A DNA stretch of 64,000 nucleotides from a virus (Duplodnaviria; Heunggongvirae; Uroviricota; Caudoviricetes). Within the stretch, counting starts at the first letter, position 1; each line of letters opens with the position of its first letter. The DNA is taken from IMG/VR virus record IMGVR_UViG_3300033067_001661, positions 128,001 to 192,000 of that record; one strand, given 5' to 3'. The translations under genes were made by a program, and so were the position numbers. The notes beneath the pieces are model-generated. The model searched no databases, had not been told where the DNA came from, and saw only the letters and a list, made by a program, of their open reading frames with translations. Below, piece by piece: positions 57,628 through 64,000 of this stretch.

Positions 57628-60600
57628 TCATTCCCTTTTTGCGTATTCTATATCTAGTATCGGTGTTTCGGGATAAGAAAACGCTCTGAAACTACCAGAT
57701 GCGTCCTTATAGAAAAATCTAAGGAAACCGTTACCCGTTGAATAACCAATTGAGGGTGTCTCTGATATAGAGAATCCATCGCCAAATACATCTACATCTC
57801 CATACGGGAAAACAACATTAGTTTCCTTGTTCTTAATGGCAATCTTTAGTTCTGGAGAAATTGCGCCAACGACAAAAACAGGCTTAGCCGTTTCTGAATC
57901 AGGACCAAGAAGATCTTGTATCTTAACATCACTAGCAATACTTGCCTTAGAAATGAAGTTTCTTATGAACAACATACCCTCAACCTGATAAGTTAGGTAC
58001 GCAACATCAGACTTGTAATCTATTGCAAATCCAAGCAATTTGATTGATTTCAATTCTTGCAAATCACTATTCTTATGAACAAGCAAGCCTTCTTCAAAGA
58101 AATCATACCAAGCGGCCCCGCCATTTGAACTACCCCTACAGTACAAACGACCATTTGCAACAAATAGAACCTTGAACTGACCCGAAGAATCTCTAAAAGC
58201 AATAAAATCAACGTCGGGGAACCCCTCTTCGTAATTCTTTTCGTCCCCAGCAAGAGCTATACGATAATCTGTTCTTCTTGCATTTCTCATCGCTTCCGTA
58301 GTCGCAAGTTGCGTTTGAAGATAATCTCCCGCTACGTTGCCAACAACTATATTACTTGGAGTAGACCTTAACTTTTGTCCAGCTTCAGAAAAATGATACA
58401 AGCCATACATCGCTAACGTATTTTCATCTAATCTATTCGGTCTCTTATATGCCAAAAATGCGTCTTCATAAACGAATAAACTAGCATCTATCTCTTTATG
58501 CATCAAAGCATCATTCAAAACATAAAATAGGTGTATTTTATTGCTAAAATCGTCCATTACAGCATATGGAGCCGAAACGCTTTCTCCAACCACGGTTCTA
58601 ACAAGACCCTTAAAATCATACCATGTATAACCATAATCAGGGGACAATAGACAAGATATCTCTCTCGCCGTCTGCTCTTGAAGGCCTGGCATTGCGCCGT
58701 CAGGATAAGGTCCAACTACATGAGAACCGTCAGCATTGCGTCCATTATTAGAAGTATCGCCTTCGCCGCCCTTTTCGTCTTCATAGAAAACAAGCCATCG
58801 ACCAGAAGGATCAAAGCATGTCGCAACATTGCTTGTTGATATCTTATACTTCTGATATTCTTCCTCTTCCAAAGACTCCGCTTCGATATATTCAATATCC
58901 ATGTATTTAAGTATATCGCCGTCTATGAACCAACTTTCAGCATTTATGTAACGAGTATCAACGCAAACAATCCTTGCGTCCTTTTTGAAACTTCCTTGAT
59001 AAGGAATAGCAACATTATCAACAACATTCTTTGAAGACGGAAAAACAAAAGAAACCATTCGTTTTGAATTATCCAAAAATGCTCTGTTATTCGGTATGTA
59101 TTTGATTGTTATTTTTCTAAGTCTTCTTCCGGATAAGCCGGCAACATTAATCCTGCCAGTAGTTTGATCTCTTGTGAAAACCAACTTGTCAGTTTTGATA
59201 ATTGTAGGAGAAACCTTGCTCATAAGAATCAAAGCATTTTCTGTTGATATCTCTATGCCTCTATAATATCCCGGTTGATCTCCTATGAGATTATCATATC
59301 CGCCATACTTGATACTCTCGCCCGTAAGCGACGTATCAAGCTGAGGAAGAGTATGACCCTCTGAAGTAAGATTTTCTCTTTCCATTTCGGAAAAATCTTT
59401 ATTGATTACGCCTTCTTCGAAAACCCTGAAGTTCGTTGTTCCATTAGAACTATCAGGATAAACAAGACAAGCTTGATACTTATTAGGGTCTGTAGTGACT
59501 GCATAGTTTTCAGTAAAGGCCGGTCTTGTACCAACCCATATAGCTCCGTCGCCTCGAATAGGATTAACTGCCTGAAACTTTTCAACATAGATACGAGACT
59601 TAGAAGAAAGTCCTTGCAAAAAGGTAGGAGTCCTCAAGAGCATATCAGCTTGTATAGTACCTTTTGTGCAGAATCCAAAATCGTAGGTAAATGTTACGTT
59701 GCAAGTATACAAAGTTCCAGAACCCTGCATCGGAACCGAATCGAACTTAGCGCTTGTTAGATCATAATCGTCTCTGCCTGGAGACAAGTTTTTGATAAGA
59801 TCCAAGTTCGCAAAACCAACTCCAGTATTAGGTATGTCTTTGTTATATATAGTACAATTTGAAAGCGCCTTTGCTAATCTTCTTTCATATCCAAACTTCT
59901 CATTATCATAGCAAACAGAATTGACATGATCGCTTATATCAAAAAGAAAATCATCAAAAAAAGCTCTAGCCTCATCGCCGCCTAGAATCAACTGCCCACT
60001 TGAATCAAAAGCATTACTCGTTGACTGAACTTCTTGCAAGAAAGAGTCAAACCAAGCCTGATCTCTTATAGACGCCCTAGGAATCAACAATCGAACTTCA
60101 TTGTTATTTCTAAAACTACAAGATAGTATACCTCTTGAGTCTGCAAAATAACAACCCATTATGAACTGGTTTCTATTTGCCTTTTCAAGCTTTGATTCGA
60201 TTAGTCGCTGACATTCCATATCCGTCAAAAGGATTCTTTGAGTAAGCCTTTGAATTCTTCTTGTCTTTTCTGTTTCAGTAAGAGAAGCATTATTCTGTAT
60301 TTCAAGGATTTGACTTTGTATCTCGGCGTCATTAACGAAATCCGCCAAAGCTGCTCGTTCCGAGGAATTCTTTCTAACCTTAAACTTGAACTTCTTAAAG
60401 TTCCAACCCTTTACCAAATCAAGAGGAGGTAACTGATAAACGCTTTGATCTGGAAAAAGGAAAAAGTTAGTTATGTTCTCTATAGCATGCCTAAAAAGAG
60501 GCGTTCCGCCAACGTAAGATATATAGACCTTATCGCCAGCCTTCAACGCAACAGTAGGCGGAGCGTCTGCGGGAGGCGGATTGTTCGGGTCTGTTTGCTC

Positions 60601-61503
60601 GGAAAGATTGAAAGAAACAACCTTATCAGCTAGATCGTCGGTGCTACCATTCCAAAAACAATGACCATTTGTTCTATCAAACTCATTATCAGCCCTATAA
60701 CGATTTTTCCTCTCGTCTCGAACAATTCCCGTAAACAAATTGGTTGCGTCAGAATATTTGTAGTTCTCAAACTCCGCCTGTATCTGTCCTTCAGGAGACT
60801 GAGGCCAACCTCTAATTCTACCACCCGAATTACCAAGATTCTCTAGCTCATTAAGATCTGACAAGCCCAAAAGAATCCTCATATCGCTATCTGTTAGTTC
60901 ACTAGGCGCAACTCTTCTACCAAGCCTTTGTTCTACTTCGTCAGCGGGAGTTGCTCTTGCTCTAGCTATTTGCTCTTCTGTTAGCGGCGTGTCTGGCGTA
61001 ACAAATACTATTGGCGCTCTTGTTATACCAAGAACTCCCAAAACATAATCTGGCAAAGTAATTTGCTTACTTGTTATATTCTCTTGGGTAAGAACAATTT
61101 CTCTATTAAGTCTTGTTTCTGAATCGCAAACATGAAACGTCCACCTAGACAAGGTTCTTTCAGCATCGCCTTGCAAAGAGCAACCAAGAGCAGAACCTAT
61201 ACCAAAACCTGCTCCGCCTCCAAGAGTTCCAAATATGAAACCAGTATTACCACCTGGCGATAAATCATTAAGACTTGTTCCCGTGACTCTTGTTCTTACT
61301 CCAAACCAAAACTCAGCATACAATCTATCTGCGGGAAGCAAACGTATAACCTCTCGTTCAGAGATTATTTGTCCTCCCTGATTACGAGTTCTAGGTCTAG
61401 CTGTTGTTCCTGTTTCTGGAATATAGCCATTTGGAATAAGGTCTATATTGTCATAAGCAAGAACACTGCTAGGTAAAAGATTGCCTAAGCATATATTGGG
61501 CAT
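57628..61503 (-). CDS. putative structural protein with Asp-box/BNR repeats (1291 aa)
   Basis: SPDYGYTW and SSNGGAAW Asp-boxes; directly downstream of the tape-measure-like gene. Confidence 0.75.
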   Translation of the reverse strand: MPNICLGNLLPSSVLAYDNIDLIPNGYIPETGTTARPRTRNQGGQIISEREVIRLLPADRLYAEFWFGVRTRVTGTSLNDLSPGGNTGFIFGTLGGGAGFGIGSALGCSLQGDAERTLSRWTFHVCDSETRLNREIVLTQENITSKQITLPDYVLGVLGITRAPIVFVTPDTPLTEEQIARARATPADEVEQRLGRRVAPSELTDSDMRILLGLSDLNELENLGNSGGRIRGWPQSPEGQIQAEFENYKYSDATNLFTGIVRDERKNRYRADNEFDRTNGHCFWNGSTDDLADKVVSFNLSEQTDPNNPPPADAPPTVALKAGDKVYISYVGGTPLFRHAIENITNFFLFPDQSVYQLPPLDLVKGWNFKKFKFKVRKNSSERAALADFVNDAEIQSQILEIQNNASLTETEKTRRIQRLTQRILLTDMECQRLIESKLEKANRNQFIMGCYFADSRGILSCSFRNNNEVRLLIPRASIRDQAWFDSFLQEVQSTSNAFDSSGQLILGGDEARAFFDDFLFDISDHVNSVCYDNEKFGYERRLAKALSNCTIYNKDIPNTGVGFANLDLIKNLSPGRDDYDLTSAKFDSVPMQGSGTLYTCNVTFTYDFGFCTKGTIQADMLLRTPTFLQGLSSKSRIYVEKFQAVNPIRGDGAIWVGTRPAFTENYAVTTDPNKYQACLVYPDSSNGTTNFRVFEEGVINKDFSEMERENLTSEGHTLPQLDTSLTGESIKYGGYDNLIGDQPGYYRGIEISTENALILMSKVSPTIIKTDKLVFTRDQTTGRINVAGLSGRRLRKITIKYIPNNRAFLDNSKRMVSFVFPSSKNVVDNVAIPYQGSFKKDARIVCVDTRYINAESWFIDGDILKYMDIEYIEAESLEEEEYQKYKISTSNVATCFDPSGRWLVFYEDEKGGEGDTSNNGRNADGSHVVGPYPDGAMPGLQEQTAREISCLLSPDYGYTWYDFKGLVRTVVGESVSAPYAVMDDFSNKIHLFYVLNDALMHKEIDASLFVYEDAFLAYKRPNRLDENTLAMYGLYHFSEAGQKLRSTPSNIVVGNVAGDYLQTQLATTEAMRNARRTDYRIALAGDEKNYEEGFPDVDFIAFRDSSGQFKVLFVANGRLYCRGSSNGGAAWYDFFEEGLLVHKNSDLQELKSIKLLGFAIDYKSDVAYLTYQVEGMLFIRNFISKASIASDVKIQDLLGPDSETAKPVFVVGAISPELKIAIKNKETNVVFPYGDVDVFGDGFSISETPSIGYSTGNGFLRFFYKDASGSFRAFSYPETPILDIEYAKRE

Positions 61504-61507
61504 TTAA

Positions 61508-64000
61508 TTACGCCTGTCTCATTTCCTTAAGAACCTGAGGTATAGCTTCTCTTGCAGCCGCAACAGCAACTTGAGTCATTGCATGCTTGAATGCATTTAT
61601 AACTTCATTACTATTTATTGAGTCTTTAACTGTATTTGGAAAAGACTTTACATTCTCTCCTGACCCAGAAGCCAAGACTTTATCTTGTATTATTAGATTG
61701 TACATATTCAAATCTTCTTCATATTTCTTCTTCATCTCTTGCAATTTGAAGTAATTCTTCTGCCTGCCTTCGAGCTTTTGTTCTTTTGTCATTCCTGAAA
61801 GATCTGTGGAATAAGTCTTCTCCCAACCACTCGCCCAATTTGTCAAACTATTCTTGCTACTACCAAATAAACCCGAACTAAAATACGAAGCGTAATCCGC
61901 AATACCACCAAATCCTTGAGAAACTAAGCCCTTAGCAGCTTTAGACACAGGCGATTCGCTTGACTCTTGACCCAAAGCCCTAGTTTGAGCGCCAACAAGC
62001 TGCTCCATTCTTCTAATTTCTTCTTCATCAGCAACTAACTTAGAAAGATAATCGTTGTTGTTCTGAACAACTTCTACAACAGCCGGAACGTCAGCTTTAT
62101 TTTGCTCGACCTCTTTTGCTTTTTCCTTTGTTACATAAGGAGAAACCGCTCCCGCAAAACTTCCAGAATCAGGAGCAACAACCGAACTATTCATAAGAGA
62201 CGGGTTCCCGGTGACTCCAACAAAACCGCTTGCCGCTGTTGTAAGCTTTGTCAAAGCAGAAGCCGAATCTTCTGTCGCCTTCTTATGCTCGTCAAACGCC
62301 TGAGAGCTACCATAAAGAGCATCCGAAACCGCCGCAGCAACTGAACCGCCAGGGCCAGAATTGACCTTATTGATTACTGCATTTGCTCCGTTTCTAAGGA
62401 AATCCGTACCAGAACCAGTAAAGTCTCCGAACTGCGAAAGAACTGCCTTTTCAGCAGCACCAGCAGCACCTTCGGTCAAGCTTCCCGCGCCAAATCTTCC
62501 AGACTCTCTACGACCCTCAAGCTCAGAACCTGCTCTAAGCGCCCTAACTCTATCAGGAGCGCCAAATACTAAGCTACCAAGTCTCTTTTCTTGAGATATA
62601 ACAATACGAGTAAATACACCAGCACCAGTTGTCATGGCGGCAATAGCTGATATATAACCTTCTCTCAAAGCTTTTGTAAGCTCAGCCTGCTTTCTAATTT
62701 GCTCTGTATACTTTGTTCCAAGTTCAAGCCTCTTATTCTCGAAACTGAAATCGCTTGCCTGCCTATCTTTCTGAATCTTCTGTCTTTCCTCTTCTGATTC
62801 AGCAGCCGCAAGTAAGGTTTGAAACCTTTGGTTTTCTTTTTGCTGCTCTTGATCTAAAAGAGCAATTGTTTCTAGAGTTATTCGTTTTTCATTTTCAATA
62901 GACTTAACAACTTGCATCTGCATACCAACGCTTGCTCTGAGTCCCATTCCAAGAGAATCTGCAAGATTCTTTCGAGACTCATCAAAAGCTGTTTGTTTAT
63001 TAGATTGTTCAGCCGCCTGGCTTCCTGCTTCAACAATTTTGTCAGCAATGGAAGCTCCTTGTTTGCGTAAATTATTTTGCTCTGCAAGCTGCTTATTGTA
63101 GTCTCTAATAGTCTTAAGCGGAATCAATGTCGCATCTGTAAGATTCTTCTCCATCTCATTAGCTTCATCAACCTTACCAGCAGCGCGCAATTGATCGGCC
63201 TCAGCTACTAAAGATTGCATTCTCTCAGGGCTAATGCCGCTTCTTTCAGATCCCTGTCTGATAACTTTCATATACTCGTCATTTGCTTTTTTAGCTTCAT
63301 CAAGCCTTCTTCTAAACTCATCAAGATTTTCTCCTAAAGCGGAGCCAAATCCACCTGTCAGATTCTGCGTCATACCAAAAAAGCCAATAAAGCTATCAAG
63401 AATAGCCTTTTGAGAATTAAGCAAATCAACTTGTATTTTATATCGTTCTTCTACACTCTTAAGTCTTATTGTGTATTGCGTAAGAGTCTCTAAGTTTTTA
63501 TTATCAGCTTCCCATACTTTTTTGCGAATATCCAATAAAGCTTGAGCTTTATTATTTTGCTCCTGCATTTCTGCAAGATTTCTATTATTGAAATCTAGTT
63601 TCTTCTGAAGATATTCAATTTGCTTAGCATCTCCGGCTTGCCTTGCCTCTGCAAGCTCAGCTTCTAGTGGAATAATTTCACTTTTTATGAAAGCGGCTTC
63701 TTGTTTTTTAGCCTCGCTTGCACCAGTTGCTCCACTCGCTATTAAATCTTGCTCATTTGCCCTGTCTCTTAGAGCAAGCATCTGATTTTTCTTTTCTCTC
63801 GCAGATTTTACTTCATTAGCTTCTTCATTTTCAAACCAAGCAGCAATAAGTCCACCAATACCGCCTATAACGCCTCCTGCTACAGCACCGATAGCAGTAC
63901 CCAAAACAGGAACAACACTTCCAACGATGGCTCCCGTCGCGGCTCCGAGAGCGATTCCTCCTCCGAAGCCAGCAACCTTACCAACATCGCTTTCCATGAA
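61508..64000 (-). CDS. tail tape measure-like protein, C-terminal portion (5' end outside the window)
   Basis: Gly-zipper hydrophobic segment GGGIALGAATGAIVG...GGLIAAWF, long Ala/Glu/Lys/Gln coiled coils; frame open to the window edge. Confidence 0.7.
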   Translation of the reverse strand, partial: FMESDVGKVAGFGGGIALGAATGAIVGSVVPVLGTAIGAVAGGVIGGIGGLIAAWFENEEANEVKSAREKKNQMLALRDRANEQDLIASGATGASEAKKQEAAFIKSEIIPLEAELAEARQAGDAKQIEYLQKKLDFNNRNLAEMQEQNNKAQALLDIRKKVWEADNKNLETLTQYTIRLKSVEERYKIQVDLLNSQKAILDSFIGFFGMTQNLTGGFGSALGENLDEFRRRLDEAKKANDEYMKVIRQGSERSGISPERMQSLVAEADQLRAAGKVDEANEMEKNLTDATLIPLKTIRDYNKQLAEQNNLRKQGASIADKIVEAGSQAAEQSNKQTAFDESRKNLADSLGMGLRASVGMQMQVVKSIENEKRITLETIALLDQEQQKENQRFQTLLAAAESEEERQKIQKDRQASDFSFENKRLELGTKYTEQIRKQAELTKALREGYISAIAAMTTGAGVFTRIVISQEKRLGSLVFGAPDRVRALRAGSELEGRRESGRFGAGSLTEGAAGAAEKAVLSQFGDFTGSGTDFLRNGANAVINKVNSGPGGSVAAAVSDALYGSSQAFDEHKKATEDSASALTKLTTAASGFVGVTGNPSLMNSSVVAPDSGSFAGAVSPYVTKEKAKEVEQNKADVPAVVEVVQNNNDYLSKLVADEEEIRRMEQLVGAQTRALGQESSESPVSKAAKGLVSQGFGGIADYASYFSSGLFGSSKNSLTNWASGWEKTYSTDLSGMTKEQKLEGRQKNYFKLQEMKKKYEEDLNMYNLIIQDKVLASGSGENVKSFPNTVKDSINSNEVINAFKHAMTQVAVAAAREAIPQVLKEMRQA

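Noticed and set aside
547-62594. Many short plus-strand ORFs and nested out-of-frame minus-strand ORFs in the track
   Set aside because: They lie inside long coding genes, mostly start at alternative codons and have no recognisable motifs; treated as shadow ORFs.
1-64000. Alternative genetic code (stop-codon reassignment), as seen in some large phages
   Set aside because: Multi-kb ORFs are intact in the standard code and TAA, TAG and TGA all end genes at tight junctions.

Overview
This window looks like about 64 kb of the late (virion structural) region of a very large, uncharacterised tailed phage, about 40% GC by eye and using the standard genetic code (TAA, TAG and TGA all act as stops). 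Every credible gene is on the minus strand, and most abut or overlap. In transcription order (high to low coordinates) the genes are: the C-terminal part of a tape-measure-like protein; a 1291-aa Asp-box protein; a 1195-aa baseplate hub/tail-tip-like protein; then about 48 kb of large modular beta-rich proteins (1180, 2392, 2759, 1556, 1464 and 3264 aa plus smaller ones). These contain Fn3/Ig, LamG, choice-of-anchor C/D, BNR, Reg_prop, Kelch, vWA and GH56-like modules. Four glycosyltransferases (2x GT2, 2x GT4) and an HTH-metallophosphoesterase sit in the same operon. The main observations are: (1) a candidate virion-glycosylation and glycan-interaction system; (2) repeated nested domain architecture, most strikingly a MIDAS vWA domain split by an insertion of about 2,080 aa; (3) a free-standing HNH endonuclease that appears to have inserted into the 5' end of a GT gene, leaving a duplicated start that now opens a 24-aa leader ORF running through a hairpin that hides the HNH ribosome-binding site; (4) a hyaluronidase(GH56)-like domain and other hints of a Planctomycetota/PVC host. 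All family calls come from reading motifs by eye and were not checked by database search. I saw no tRNA, rRNA or CRISPR array.
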